Part shown: positions 47,896-58,560 of the stretch, one piece after another
Layout of the letters: each line of letters starts with the position of its first letter
Numbering within the stretch: the stretch's first letter is position 1
From: an uncultured Eubacteriales bacterium
Lineage (GTDB): Bacteria > Bacillota > Clostridia > Oscillospirales > CAG-272
Direction of reading: 5' to 3'
Length of the DNA: 64,000 nucleotides
Assembly: GCA_934401725.1 (NCBI GenBank)
Contig: CAKRSS010000002.1
Span: forward strand, 1-64,000
Made by a program: the position numbers and the translations under genes
The notes under the pieces: generated by a model
Databases searched by the model: none
What the model was told of the DNA's origin: nothing
Seen by the model: the letters and a program-made list of their open reading frames with translations, nothing else

Positions 47896-49434
47896 GTGTC
47901 AGAAATCAACGCGCTCGAGCTCAGACACGTAACAAAGCGTTTCGGCTCAATCGTCGCCAATAAGGATGTCGATCTCGATCTCCGCCACGGCGAAATACTT
48001 GCCATTCTCGGCGAAAACGGAAGCGGCAAGACCACACTTATGAACATGATCTCGGGAATCTACTTTCCCGACGAGGGTGAGATACTTATAAACGGCGAAA
48101 AGGCTATTATTGCCTCGCCGAAGGACGCATACAAGTATAAAATCGGTATGATCCACCAGCACTTCAAGCTGGTCGACGTGTTCACCGCGGCCGAGAATAT
48201 CGTTCTCGGTATCAGCGATGAGAAATTCAGCATAAAGAATTCTATCCAGAGCGTCAAGGCCATCAGCGAAAAATACGGCTTTGAGCTTGATCCGAAAAAG
48301 AAAATTTACGAAATGTCCGTCTCCGAAAAGCAGACTGTCGAGATAGTCAAGGTGCTTTACCGCGGAGCTGACATTCTTATTCTTGATGAGCCGACTGCGG
48401 TTCTTACTCCGCAGGAGGCGCAGAAACTGTTCTCAGTCCTGCGCCGCATGCGCGACGACGGCAAGGCCATCATTATAATTACGCATAAAATGCACGAGGT
48501 TCTCGAGATTTCCGACCGCGTTGCAATACTCCGCCGCGGCGAGCACATCGCAACTGTCAATACAAAGGAAACCTCCGAAGCAGAGCTCACCGAGATGATG
48601 GTCGGCAAAAAGGTCAAGTTGAACATCAGCCGCACCGAGCCACGCAACCCGCAGGACAGACTGACAGTGGAAGGACTCAACTGCTTCAACCACGACGGTG
48701 TCAAAACGCTTGACAACATCTCGTTCACCGCACGCTCGGGCGAGATACTCGGCATAGCCGGTATCGCAGGAAGCGGCCAGCGCGAGTTGCTCGAGGCTAT
48801 CGCAGGCCTTCAGCACATCGATTCCGGCACGATAACATACAACAACCCCAAGAACGGCGAGACGGTCAACCTGCGTGACAAATCGCCGCTTCAGATACGC
48901 GAGCTCGGCGTCCGGCTGTCGTTCGTTCCCGAGGATCGCCTCGGAATGGGACTTGTCGGTAACATGGACATCATAGACAACATGATGCTCCGAAGCTACC
49001 GCCGTGGAAAATCCATTTTCGTAGACCGCAACAAGCCTCGCAACCTTGCCGAGGAAATAATAAAGAGCCTCGAGGTCGCAACGCCTGGCGCCACAACGCC
49101 GGTTCGTCGGCTGTCCGGCGGTAACGTACAGAAGGTACTTGTCGGGCGCGAGATCGCGTCGGCTCCGACGGTGCTCATGGCGGCGTATCCCGTCCGCGGA
49201 CTTGATATAAACTCATCGTACATGATTTACAATCTGCTCAACCAGCAGAAGGAAAACGGCACTGCCGTCATATTCGTCGGCGAGGACCTGGACGTGCTCA
49301 TCGAGCTGTGCGACCGCATAATGGTCATAAGCGCCGGACACGTAACCGGTATGCTTGACGGACGCAGCGCGCAGAAAGAGGAAATCGGTCTCTTGATGAC
49401 CAAAGCGGAAGGAGCGGACGAAAATGTCGGTTAA
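47896..49434 (+). CDS. ABC transporter ATP-binding protein with duplicated ATPase domains
   Basis: Two Walker A motifs (GENGSGKTT, GIAGSGQRE) and two signature motifs. GTG start after GGAGGA. Confidence 0.85.
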   Translation: MSEINALELRHVTKRFGSIVANKDVDLDLRHGEILAILGENGSGKTTLMNMISGIYFPDEGEILINGEKAIIASPKDAYKYKIGMIHQHFKLVDVFTAAENIVLGISDEKFSIKNSIQSVKAISEKYGFELDPKKKIYEMSVSEKQTVEIVKVLYRGADILILDEPTAVLTPQEAQKLFSVLRRMRDDGKAIIIITHKMHEVLEISDRVAILRRGEHIATVNTKETSEAELTEMMVGKKVKLNISRTEPRNPQDRLTVEGLNCFNHDGVKTLDNISFTARSGEILGIAGIAGSGQRELLEAIAGLQHIDSGTITYNNPKNGETVNLRDKSPLQIRELGVRLSFVPEDRLGMGLVGNMDIIDNMMLRSYRRGKSIFVDRNKPRNLAEEIIKSLEVATPGATTPVRRLSGGNVQKVLVGREIASAPTVLMAAYPVRGLDINSSYMIYNLLNQQKENGTAVIFVGEDLDVLIELCDRIMVISAGHVTGMLDGRSAQKEEIGLLMTKAEGADENVG

Positions 49435-50551
49435 CACACAAATAAAGAGCAAGCATGAACCGCTCTTTCACATTTCCAAGCGCGTCAGTCTGCCGTGGCA
49501 GAAGTCGCTGCTAATCCGCGCCATCTCTATCTTCGCGGCACTCGTATTCTGCGGCCTTCTGACATTCTTTCTGACAGGCGATAACCCTATATCGGTCTAT
49601 GTTACCATGTTTGAGGGAGCCTTCGGCAACACAAACCGTATATGGGTCACGGCACAGAACCTTGCGATACTGCTTTGCATATCGCTGGCTGTCACTCCCG
49701 CGTTCAAAATGAAGTTTTGGAACACCGGAGCCGAGGGGCAGGTTCTCATCGGAGGACTTGCAACGGCAATGTGCATGTTCTACATCGGCGGCAGCGTTCC
49801 CACATGGGTGCTCATACTCATTATGACGGTGACCAGCATTGTTGCGGGCGCGCTGTGGGGCGTAATTCCCGCCATTTTCAAAGCGCAGTGGCAGACGAAT
49901 GAGACGCTGTTCACGCTCATGATGAACTATGTCGCAATACAGCTTATCGAATATTTCCTCAAGGTCGCTGACAAGAGCGGTTCCAATACCGTCGGCCCCG
50001 ACCTGCTTAAGTTCGGATGGTTTCCCGAGCTGTTCGGGCAGAAATACCTGCTCAACATAGTGATAGTCGTTATCCTGACCGTTGGCATGTACATATACCT
50101 TAAGTACAGCAAGCACGGTTACGAAATATCCGTCGTCGGCGGAAGTGAGAACACGGCACGCTACATCGGCATCAACGTCAAGAAGGTCGTTATCCGCACT
50201 ATGGCAATATCCGGCGCTATCTGTGGCCTGACCGGTCTGCTGCTCGTCGGCGGAACCTCGCATTCAATCTCGGCAAACACAGCCGACGGACGCGGTTTTA
50301 CCGCTATCATGGTCTCGTGGCTGGCGAAATTCAACCCGCTGACCATGGTGCTGACGTCGTTCTTACTGGTGTTTCTTGACCGCGGAGCCGATGAGGTCTC
50401 CACTAAATTCGGACTCAACAGCTCGTTCTCCGATATAATCACGGGTATAATCCTGTTCTTCATCATCGGCTGCGAGTTCTTCATTCAGTACAAAATAAAT
50501 GTAAACGAAAACCATCGCCTGTGGGGCAAAAAGAAAGGGGAGGTAGAGTAA
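49424..50551 (+). CDS. ABC transporter permease
   Basis: 375 aa polytopic membrane protein, co-directional and overlapping with the neighbouring genes. Confidence 0.8.
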   Translation: MSVNTQIKSKHEPLFHISKRVSLPWQKSLLIRAISIFAALVFCGLLTFFLTGDNPISVYVTMFEGAFGNTNRIWVTAQNLAILLCISLAVTPAFKMKFWNTGAEGQVLIGGLATAMCMFYIGGSVPTWVLILIMTVTSIVAGALWGVIPAIFKAQWQTNETLFTLMMNYVAIQLIEYFLKVADKSGSNTVGPDLLKFGWFPELFGQKYLLNIVIVVILTVGMYIYLKYSKHGYEISVVGGSENTARYIGINVKKVVIRTMAISGAICGLTGLLLVGGTSHSISANTADGRGFTAIMVSWLAKFNPLTMVLTSFLLVFLDRGADEVSTKFGLNSSFSDIITGIILFFIIGCEFFIQYKINVNENHRLWGKKKGEVE

Positions 50552-50552
50552 A

Positions 50553-51530
50553 ATGACTGCTATTGCCAATTTTATTCAGCGTGCCATCATTCAGGGCACT
50601 CCCTTGCTGTTCGGCTCGACCGGCGAGATAATCACGGAAAAATCCGGCAACCTCAACCTCGGTATTCCCGGCATCATGTACATCGGCGGTATCAGCGGCG
50701 TCATCGGCGGCTTTATGTATCAGCAGGCCGGGCGCTTTTCGCCCGTGCTGGCACTTATAATCCCGGTTGCCTGCAGCCTTCTCGGCTCGGCGCTCGCGTC
50801 GTTGCTTTACTGCTTCCTGACCGTCACACTTCGCGCAAATCAGAACGTGACCGGTCTCGCGTTGACTACCTTCGGTGTCGGCTTCGGCAACTTCTTCGGC
50901 GGCTCGCTTATAAAACTGGTTGACTCCGAGGTGCCCTCCATCGCGCTGACGCGCTTTGCCAAGGTATACAAGCAGACCCTGCCGTTCGCCTCCAAGCTCG
51001 GCTGGTTTGGAGAGATGTTCCTGTCGTATGGCTTCATGGTTTATCTTGCGGTGATACTCGCAGTCGTTGCGACAATCGTGCTTATGCGCACGCGCATAGG
51101 CCTTCACCTCCGCGCAGTCGGCGAGAACCCGGCGACTGCAGATGCGGCCGGTATCAACGTCACGCTTTACAAGTACGTAGCGACCACCATCGGCGGCATG
51201 GTGGCCGGTCTCGGAGGACTTTACTACGTTATGGACTACACCAACGGCGTCTGGTCGAATAACGGCTTCGGTGACCGTGGATGGCTTGCAATCGCGCTCG
51301 TTATCTTCGCAACATGGAAGCCTGCTGTCGGAATTCTCGGCTCCTACCTGTTCGGCGGACTCTACATTCTGTTCAACTACATCAACGTCAGCATGCAGGT
51401 TCAGCCGCTCATTCAGATGCTGCCGTACGTCGTGACAATAATCGTTCTCGTTGTGACGAGCATCCGCAAGAAGCGCGAAAATCAGGCACCTTCAAGCCTC
51501 GGACTTTCGTATTTCCGAGAAGAGCGGTAA
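50553..51530 (+). CDS. ABC transporter permease
   Basis: 325 aa polytopic membrane protein. Confidence 0.8.
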   Translation: MTAIANFIQRAIIQGTPLLFGSTGEIITEKSGNLNLGIPGIMYIGGISGVIGGFMYQQAGRFSPVLALIIPVACSLLGSALASLLYCFLTVTLRANQNVTGLALTTFGVGFGNFFGGSLIKLVDSEVPSIALTRFAKVYKQTLPFASKLGWFGEMFLSYGFMVYLAVILAVVATIVLMRTRIGLHLRAVGENPATADAAGINVTLYKYVATTIGGMVAGLGGLYYVMDYTNGVWSNNGFGDRGWLAIALVIFATWKPAVGILGSYLFGGLYILFNYINVSMQVQPLIQMLPYVVTIIVLVVTSIRKKRENQAPSSLGLSYFREER

Positions 51531-51535
51531 TCAAC

Positions 51536-51567
51536 AAAAACAAGAGCCCCGGGCTCTTGTTTTTTCT
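51536..51567 (+). terminator. intrinsic terminator of the nucleoside transporter operon
   Basis: ACAAGAGCC ccgg GGCTCTTGT followed by TTTTTT. Confidence 0.85.
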
Positions 51568-51701
51568 TTTGCTACAAACGCGAAATAAATTCACTTTAGG
51601 GCTTTTCAAAACCGTAAGTATATGCTATAATAGTAAAGGGTTGCGCCGTAAAAATTGCGGCGTTTCGTATTACAATCGGAATTGTTCTGTGAGGAATCAT
51701 T

Positions 51702-53597
51702 TTGAATAGCAAATCACAAATTGAAAATAAATTTGAGATTCTCAATGGCATTTTGTCACCTTGTGACGTCAAAAAACTGCCCGCCGACAAGCTGCCCCAG
51801 CTAGCCGACGAAATAAGGCGGAAACTGGTAGAAACCGTCACGCAGAACGGCGGGCATCTTGCTTCGAATCTCGGCGTTGTCGAGCTGACGATAGCGCTTC
51901 ACCGCGTTTTCAACACGCCGCACGACCATATCGTGTGGGACGTCGGGCATCAGAGCTACGTTCACAAAATGCTGACCGGGCGCGTCAGGGAGTTCGACAC
52001 ACTGCGCCGACCGGGCGGTATTTCCGGGTTTACAAGCCGCAGCGAAAGTCCCCACGACTGCTTTGGTGCGGGGCATAGCTCAACCTCACTGTCTGCCGCG
52101 CTGGGATTTGCGGAAGCGGACAGGCTGTCGGGATCTGACGCGTACACGGTAGCCGTGCTTGGCGACGGCGCGTTCACGGGCGGCATGATCCACGAGGCGC
52201 TCAACAACTGCAATCGTGACCTGCGGTTGATAATCATCATAAATGAAAACGAGATGTCCATTTCCAAAAACACCGGCCGCTTTGCGAGCAGTCTCGCCGA
52301 GCTGCGGTCGCGACCAGGGTATTTTGAGACGAAGAAGGCCACTGGGAAGATAATCCGCCGCATCCCGCTCGTTGGAAACACGCTTTTCAGAGGCATACGC
52401 GGCTTCAAAAAGTCGCTCAAAAACCTGATTTACGGCAGCAATTATTTTGAAGACATCGGCCTTTATTACATCGGACCGATTGACGGAAACGACGAAGAAA
52501 AGGTTGAGACCGTGCTTCGTGAGGCCACAAAGCTCGAGGAAAGCGTGGTAATTCACCTCAAAACAAAAAAGGGCAGGGGGTACGAACCTGCCGAAAAGCA
52601 GCCGCACCTCTACCACAGCCTGTCGCCTAGCGGAAAAGAGCGTCCGGAACGGACATTTTCGTCCGAATGCGGGCGAATTTTATGCGAGAGAGGCCGCCAG
52701 AACGACCAAATTGTCGCCATAACGGCGGCCATGAGCTATGGGACAGGGCTTGAATGCTTCCGGCACGACTTCCCGGAGCGCTTTTTTGACGTCGGGATTG
52801 CGGAGGAGCACGCACTGACCTTTGCCGCCGGGCTGGCGGCGGCGGGCAAACGCCCGGTCGCCGCGATATATTCGACGTTTTTGCAGCGCGGATTTGACAG
52901 CATAATTCACGACATCGCTCTGCAAAATCTGCCCGTCCTGATGTGCATCGACCGCGCCGGGCTCAACGCCGGTGACGGCATCACACACAACGGCATTTTT
53001 GATGTGTCGTTTCTCGCAGGCCTGCCCAATGTGCGCATTTATACACCTGCAACCTTCGGCGCGTTAGAGCGTGCGATAGATGAGTCGTTGCAGCAGAACT
53101 GCCCCTGCGCAATCCGTTACCCGGCCGACGGGGAAGACGGAAATGTAGTAAACGCGTTCTACGCCTCGGAAACCAACTCCCCGGTTCTCACATATTTTCC
53201 AAACCCGGACTGCGACGTTGTCATAGTGGTTCACGGACGCATGGCGGCCGAGGCGCTGCATGTGGGTGAGTTGCTCGCCGAGTCGGGTGTGAGTGCGGGC
53301 GTGATGCTTCTCGAGCGCCTTACTCCGTGGGACGAAATTGCTGGCGTGATATTAGAAAAACTGCCGCGCGGCGCAAAAATGATAGTCACGTTGGAAGAAG
53401 AAATCCGATCGGGAGGTATGGGAATATCGATTTGTGACGCGCTCGCGCGTCTTGGACTTCCTGCGAATATAAAAATGCAAATTATTGCCGCCAATGACCC
53501 GTTCGCACGTCCGGCGAGCGGAGAGACGGTTTACAGTGCCGAACACCTGGACTGTGAGTCTGTAAAGAACACAATTCTGACGGAGATGAGAAAATAA
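51702..53597 (+). CDS. dxs: 1-deoxy-D-xylulose-5-phosphate synthase
   Basis: TTG start after GAGGAA. TPP-binding motif (GDGAFTGGM...NEN). 631 aa. Confidence 0.95.
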   Translation: MNSKSQIENKFEILNGILSPCDVKKLPADKLPQLADEIRRKLVETVTQNGGHLASNLGVVELTIALHRVFNTPHDHIVWDVGHQSYVHKMLTGRVREFDTLRRPGGISGFTSRSESPHDCFGAGHSSTSLSAALGFAEADRLSGSDAYTVAVLGDGAFTGGMIHEALNNCNRDLRLIIIINENEMSISKNTGRFASSLAELRSRPGYFETKKATGKIIRRIPLVGNTLFRGIRGFKKSLKNLIYGSNYFEDIGLYYIGPIDGNDEEKVETVLREATKLEESVVIHLKTKKGRGYEPAEKQPHLYHSLSPSGKERPERTFSSECGRILCERGRQNDQIVAITAAMSYGTGLECFRHDFPERFFDVGIAEEHALTFAAGLAAAGKRPVAAIYSTFLQRGFDSIIHDIALQNLPVLMCIDRAGLNAGDGITHNGIFDVSFLAGLPNVRIYTPATFGALERAIDESLQQNCPCAIRYPADGEDGNVVNAFYASETNSPVLTYFPNPDCDVVIVVHGRMAAEALHVGELLAESGVSAGVMLLERLTPWDEIAGVILEKLPRGAKMIVTLEEEIRSGGMGISICDALARLGLPANIKMQIIAANDPFARPASGETVYSAEHLDCESVKNTILTEMRK

Positions 53598-53632
53598 TTG
53601 CGGCGATGACGCCGCAATTATTTGTGAGCAAA

Positions 53633-54688
53633 TCATTTACAAAAAGCGGAAAATTCCGATATGAGCTCATCGGGAAATTCCGCCTTTTTGTTTATCGCGT
53701 CGGCGGAACGCAGGTCGATTCTGTACCCGATGTGGCTTATATCGTCCCAAACCTGTATTTTGACGAGCGGGTCAGCACCGAAAAGCTGTTGCCATAGCTC
53801 AATGTCAGCCTCGAAAGATTGAAAATCGAAGGTACTGTTAATTATCAACACCGGGACGGCGGCGTTTTTGAGGCTTTGAGCTACATTCAATTGATTGTAG
53901 CTTGCCCACCAGCAATCAGTAGCACCGAAATAGTAGTAGCCGCGGCAGTTGCCGTGGTCAGAGCTGTTGTCAGCGTCCTTGGCAGCGGCGGCGTAGCGGC
54001 GATACTCCGCCGATTTTTCCGGGTTCGCCGCACAGAACTGATCCGCCGCAATATCCGCAAGGTGGCGCGCGGAGCTGTTGAATGTAATCACGCCTGCGAT
54101 ATTTCCGTCGCGTGCAGCGAGCTCGGCTGCAACCTGCCCGCCGAGACTGTGACCTAACAGGTAAATTTCTCCGGACTGCGGCTGTTCACGTAGATAGGAT
54201 AGCGCCGCGGCCACGTCATAAAGATATTCCTGTTCGATACCGTCCTCCTGCGTGAAGCTTTGAGCGTAACGAAATGTCCTTTTCTCAACTCGCAGCGAGT
54301 TTACACCGTCAGATGCAAGTCCCCTGGCGATGTCCCTGTACGGCTTCAGCACGCCTAGGCTCCCGTCGCTGTCGCACGGCCCGGAACCGGGGATTATCAG
54401 CACGGTAGGGTGACGCTCGCCATCGTCGGCATACGTGTAAACTGCGTCAAGCGGATATTTTCCGGGCAGTTCAAATCTGCGCACTGCTATATTTGCGACC
54501 GGTTCTTCTGTCGTTTCCGCCGCGGCGGCGGTTTCCTTTGTTTCGGGCGTAGTTGTGCTCGTGCCGGACAAAGATGTGCTTTCGGATGTTGTATGTATTA
54601 TAGTGTCTGCAGGCTTTCTATCGCAGGACGCGTAGCTCATTATCGCCGCAAGCAGAACGGCAATGACGAAAAATTTCTTCGTTTTCAT
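53633..54688 (-). CDS. secreted alpha/beta-hydrolase-fold lipoprotein (esterase/lipase-like)
   Basis: Lipoprotein signal (MSYASCD), a Thr/Glu-rich linker, and a GHSLGG nucleophile elbow. Confidence 0.7.
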   Translation of the reverse strand: MKTKKFFVIAVLLAAIMSYASCDRKPADTIIHTTSESTSLSGTSTTTPETKETAAAAETTEEPVANIAVRRFELPGKYPLDAVYTYADDGERHPTVLIIPGSGPCDSDGSLGVLKPYRDIARGLASDGVNSLRVEKRTFRYAQSFTQEDGIEQEYLYDVAAALSYLREQPQSGEIYLLGHSLGGQVAAELAARDGNIAGVITFNSSARHLADIAADQFCAANPEKSAEYRRYAAAAKDADNSSDHGNCRGYYYFGATDCWWASYNQLNVAQSLKNAAVPVLIINSTFDFQSFEADIELWQQLFGADPLVKIQVWDDISHIGYRIDLRSADAINKKAEFPDELISEFSAFCK

Positions 54689-55410
54689 TCGACATCACCA
54701 TCACTTTCGTAGTAATTAAGCCACAAGCCGCAGATCATGTCGTTGTGAAAAACAAATTTAATCCTCAAAAACAAGTTCTCAAACTCGACAAATTGGTATA
54801 TAATATTTTGAAATTTATCATCATGTGACATACTTCCGAATCTTTTGAACGATTTCAATGGTGCCAATGTTTCCTCGCGAACGCGCATGTAAACATCGCG
54901 CGGCATACATTCCGATAAGTTCCGGTCGATTTGTTTGTAAAGTGCTTCTTTGTCTCCGCTGATTATCGCCTCCGAACACACGCGGGCAATTTCGTCGATA
55001 GAAGCGTCAGTATTAAGCGCTTTTTCCGTTGTCGTCGCGTCACTAACAGGACGCGTCAGTGCGGAAATGTCGCCGCCGTTGTCGATGGTGGCGAGCTCCT
55101 CGGTCAGCAGGTTAATCTCGTCAAGCCTTTTGTTCACACGCGCGATTATCTCAGCGCGCCGTCCGAGAATCGCGCTCCTCAGCTCTGCGTCACCAGACTG
55201 AATTTCATAAATAGCTCTGACAGGCAGTCCAATCGACCGAAGCACCAGCACGTCGCGTATGTGCCCGACCTGCTCTGCGGTGTAGCAGCGCCTTTTGTTA
55301 TGTGGCCGACTGCTTGATACGAGTCCTTTTTGCTCATAAAAGCGAAGCGTGCGTGATGTTGTGCCCAAGAGTCGACAAACCTCTGAAATATCGTAAGTTT
55401 CTGTCTGCAT
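54685..55410 (-). CDS. MerR-family transcriptional regulator
   Basis: MerR HTH (YDISEVCRLLGTTSRTLRFYEQKGLV). Confidence 0.75.
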   Translation of the reverse strand: MQTETYDISEVCRLLGTTSRTLRFYEQKGLVSSSRPHNKRRCYTAEQVGHIRDVLVLRSIGLPVRAIYEIQSGDAELRSAILGRRAEIIARVNKRLDEINLLTEELATIDNGGDISALTRPVSDATTTEKALNTDASIDEIARVCSEAIISGDKEALYKQIDRNLSECMPRDVYMRVREETLAPLKSFKRFGSMSHDDKFQNIIYQFVEFENLFLRIKFVFHNDMICGLWLNYYESDGDVE

Positions 55411-55547
55411 TTTATCACCTCCGGCACAAGTATACCACTTGACGCAGCGTCAATGTCAATAGTTTTCTTCGTTTTTTCAATCAAAAAGCGCTGTACAATG
55501 ATATTTTTTAGATTTTCCTCACGTACAGCGCTTTTGGATTGAATTCC

Positions 55548-56723
55548 TCAGATTCTCGCAACGCCGGTGCGGCGGGCGGCATCGGCAACGGCAGCCGCCA
55601 CGGCAGGGCCGACGCGCTTGTCGAAGGCGGCGGGGATGATATAATCCTCGTTCAGCTCCTCATCGGAGATGAGTCCCGCGAGCGCACGGGCGGCGGCAAT
55701 CTTCATCTCGTCGTTGATATCCGAAGCGCGGACGTCAAAGGCTCCGCGGAAAATTCCGGGGAACGCAAGGACATTGTTTATCTGGTTGGGATAATCCGAG
55801 CGCCCGGTCGAAATGACGCGCGCGCCGCCGGCCTTGGCATCGTCCGGGAAAATCTCGGGCGTGGGGTTAGCGCAAGCGAATATAATCGCGTCACGGTTCA
55901 TGGTCTTGACCATCTCCGTCGTGACAACGCCGGGGGCGCTCACGCCGATAAAAACGTCAGCACCAACGAGCATGTCGGCAAGCGAGCCCTGCTTGCAGGA
56001 AAGGTTGGTGAGCTCGGCCATCTCATTCTTGATCCAGTTCATGCCATCGGGACGTCCACGGTAAATTGCGCCCTTGCGGTCGCAAAGCGTAATGTCGGCA
56101 AAGCCGTCGGACAGCAGCAGACGGGTTATAGAAATCGCCGCGGCGCCCGCGCCGTTGACGACTATGCGGACATCCTCTTTCTTTTTGCCGACGACCTTGA
56201 GCGCGTTGGTAAGCCCCGCGAGCGTGATGACGGCGGTGCCGTGCTGGTCATCGTGGAAAATCGGAATATCACACTTTTCCTTCAGCTTGCGCTCAATTTC
56301 GAAGCAGCGCGGCGCTGCGATGTCCTCGAGATTTACACCGCCGAACGAACCGGAAAGCAGGTATACAGTGTTGACTATCTCGTCAACATCCTTGGATTTT
56401 ATGCAAAGAGGGAAGGCGTCGACGCCGCCAAACGCCTTGAACAGCACGCATTTGCCTTCCATGACCGGCATTCCGGCCTCGGGGCCGATGTCGCCAAGTC
56501 CGAGAACGGCGGTACCGTCGGTGATGACGGCGCAGAGGTTCCAGCGGCGGGTCAGCTCGTAGCTTTTGTTGACATCCTTCTGTATTTCAAGGCACGGCTG
56601 GGCAACTCCGGGTGTATAAGCCAGCGAGAGATCCTCCTTAGTTGCAACAGGGGCTGTGGCGATAACTTCAATCTTTCCGCGCCATTCGGCGTGTTTCTTA
56701 AGCGATTCAACAGCGTAATCCAT
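55548..56723 (-). CDS. NAD(P)-dependent malic enzyme
   Basis: LAYTPGVA, a malic-enzyme NAD-binding domain, and GAGAAA. The start at 56723 follows GGAGGAGA. Confidence 0.85.
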   Translation of the reverse strand: MDYAVESLKKHAEWRGKIEVIATAPVATKEDLSLAYTPGVAQPCLEIQKDVNKSYELTRRWNLCAVITDGTAVLGLGDIGPEAGMPVMEGKCVLFKAFGGVDAFPLCIKSKDVDEIVNTVYLLSGSFGGVNLEDIAAPRCFEIERKLKEKCDIPIFHDDQHGTAVITLAGLTNALKVVGKKKEDVRIVVNGAGAAAISITRLLLSDGFADITLCDRKGAIYRGRPDGMNWIKNEMAELTNLSCKQGSLADMLVGADVFIGVSAPGVVTTEMVKTMNRDAIIFACANPTPEIFPDDAKAGGARVISTGRSDYPNQINNVLAFPGIFRGAFDVRASDINDEMKIAAARALAGLISDEELNEDYIIPAAFDKRVGPAVAAAVADAARRTGVARI

Positions 56724-56891
56724 TTTCTTGTCTCCTCCGATAAAAATATATTCATAATATATTATATCAACAAACGTCCGAAAAAGCAATAGTAAAAGCA
56801 AGCAAAATACGGCGCAAGACAGATTTTTCAATGATTATACCGCCGTCTTACGGCAAATAATATTAAAACAACAGATTACGGGGGATTAACT

Positions 56892-57680
56892 ATGAAAAAG
56901 AACACAGTAATCGCCCTGATTGTCGTGATGCTGTGCGCCGTGATAACAACACAGCTGTCAGTACAGGCAACCGGGGAAGCGTATAATTGGTACTGCATGC
57001 GCAATAAGACCCACCTTCAGCCGCGATGCGAGCCAAATATGAGCTTTATCGAGCACTATAACGGCTACTACGTCGACCGTAGGCACGGCGACAACAGCAC
57101 GGAAAAGGTGCTGTACCTGACGTTTGACGCGGGCTATGAGAACGGAAACATCGCCAAGATACTAGACGTCCTCAAGTCGCGTGGTGTGAGGGCCGCATTT
57201 TTTATATTGAGCAATCTCGCAAAGTCAAACGCTGATCTTGTCAAGCGAATGGCGTCTGAGGGACACACTCTGTGCAACCACACCGCCGCGCACAAGGACA
57301 TGTCCAAAATAAACGACAAGCAGGCGTTTGAGAGCGAACTTGAAAAGCTGAACGCCGCCTGCCGGGACTATACCGGCCTTGAGGTCGCGCACTTTTACCG
57401 TCCGCCCGAGGGGAGATTCAGCGAAGAAAACATGAAAATCGCCTCCGAGCTCGGCTACAAAACGATATTCTGGAGCTTTGCCTATGCGGACTGGGACAAC
57501 AACAAGCAACCCTCGCCCGAGTACGCCAAAAAGCTGATATTTGACAATGTCCACAACGGCGAGATCATGCTTCTGCACCCGACCTCGGCGACGAACGCCG
57601 CAATACTCGGCGACGTTATTGACACACTCCGCGCCGATGGCTACCGGTTCGGAACATTGGAGGAGCTGACGGCACAATGA
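56892..57680 (+). CDS. polysaccharide deacetylase, PdaA-like (delta-lactam biosynthetic de-N-acetylase family)
   Basis: Signal peptide. LTFDAGYENGNIAKILDVLK...GHTLCNHTAAH closely parallels B. subtilis PdaA (TFDNGYENGY). Confidence 0.7.
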   Translation: MKKNTVIALIVVMLCAVITTQLSVQATGEAYNWYCMRNKTHLQPRCEPNMSFIEHYNGYYVDRRHGDNSTEKVLYLTFDAGYENGNIAKILDVLKSRGVRAAFFILSNLAKSNADLVKRMASEGHTLCNHTAAHKDMSKINDKQAFESELEKLNAACRDYTGLEVAHFYRPPEGRFSEENMKIASELGYKTIFWSFAYADWDNNKQPSPEYAKKLIFDNVHNGEIMLLHPTSATNAAILGDVIDTLRADGYRFGTLEELTAQ

Positions 57681-58366
57681 AATACAGGGCGGCGTTAAGT
57701 CTTGGGTTGGTGCTGTTTATTCTGCTGAATGTTTTCAGCATCTCAACGTATGCCAACCGGTTTTCCGATGTAGTTTACTGCAAAAAGAATTCGCAGATGA
57801 AAATCGCTCTGACTTTTGACGACGGCCCACACCCGGTTTATACCGGCGAGATACTCGATATTCTGCGTGAATACGGCATACGCGCAACCTTTTTTGTGGT
57901 TGGCGAAAACGTTGAACGTTACCCGGAGCTTGTGGAGCGTGAGCTCGCCGAGGGGCACGAGGTCGGCAACCACACCTACTCGCACTGCCACCTGTCAAAA
58001 ACGTCGCCGGATCAGATTATACGCGAAATAGAGGCCTGCGAGCGCAGCGTTTACCAGCTGTGCGAATACAGAACAAAGCTGTTTCGTCCGCCCGAGGGCG
58101 TGCTTCCGGACGCCATACACGACTACGCTCGCGACGCCGACTACACCGTCATTCTCTGGAGCGTCGACACCTACGATTGGGCGCATAATCCGATAAATGA
58201 AATAATGAAGAACATCCGTCACAACACCGAGCCCGGCGACATAATACTGATGCACGACAGCGTCAAGGACAGCCTGACTCCAACGGCGCTGCGTCAGATC
58301 ATCCCGTATCTTCTCGGCGAGGGGTACACCTTTGTGACAGTAAGTGAGCTTATAGGATGTAAATAA
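57677..58366 (+). CDS. polysaccharide deacetylase (NodB homology domain)
   Basis: ALTFDDGPHP...GHEVGNHTYSH. Translationally coupled to the upstream deacetylase. Confidence 0.8.
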   Translation: MKYRAALSLGLVLFILLNVFSISTYANRFSDVVYCKKNSQMKIALTFDDGPHPVYTGEILDILREYGIRATFFVVGENVERYPELVERELAEGHEVGNHTYSHCHLSKTSPDQIIREIEACERSVYQLCEYRTKLFRPPEGVLPDAIHDYARDADYTVILWSVDTYDWAHNPINEIMKNIRHNTEPGDIILMHDSVKDSLTPTALRQIIPYLLGEGYTFVTVSELIGCK

Positions 58367-58378
58367 CCTACCACACAC

Positions 58379-58446
58379 GCCGGGGACGCATCCGGCACCG
58401 CAGCACGAGGAACACTTTGGAGCGTGGGCGCGTCCCCGGATTTTTG
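58379..58446 (+). terminator. intrinsic terminator
   Basis: A long hairpin closing GCCGGGGACGC ... GCGTCCCCGG, followed by TTTTT. Confidence 0.65.
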
Positions 58447-58498
58447 CGTGCGAAAAAGAATATGCTTTCGGGATGTCGTGGTTTATGTGTTAAACGAC

Positions 58499-58527
58499 TT
58501 GCCAAAAGCATAAAATGGTGGTATGAT
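58499..58527 (+). promoter_or_regulatory. candidate sigma-A promoter of alr
   Basis: TTGCCA, 17-nt spacer, TATGAT. Confidence 0.45.
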
Positions 58528-58560
58528 ATATGCTGAAGAATTTGAGGAGCAGGATAAGCT

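Noticed and set aside
51641-51700. Possible fourth, degenerate copy of the repeat family in the dxs leader (shares CAATCGGAATT and a GCGCCG..CGGCGC hairpin)
   Set aside because: Similarity is limited to about 11 contiguous bases plus a generic GC hairpin. Neither terminal inverted repeat module is present.
55539-56792. 417-aa ORF antisense to the malic enzyme gene
   Set aside because: Gly/Arg-rich antisense artefact.
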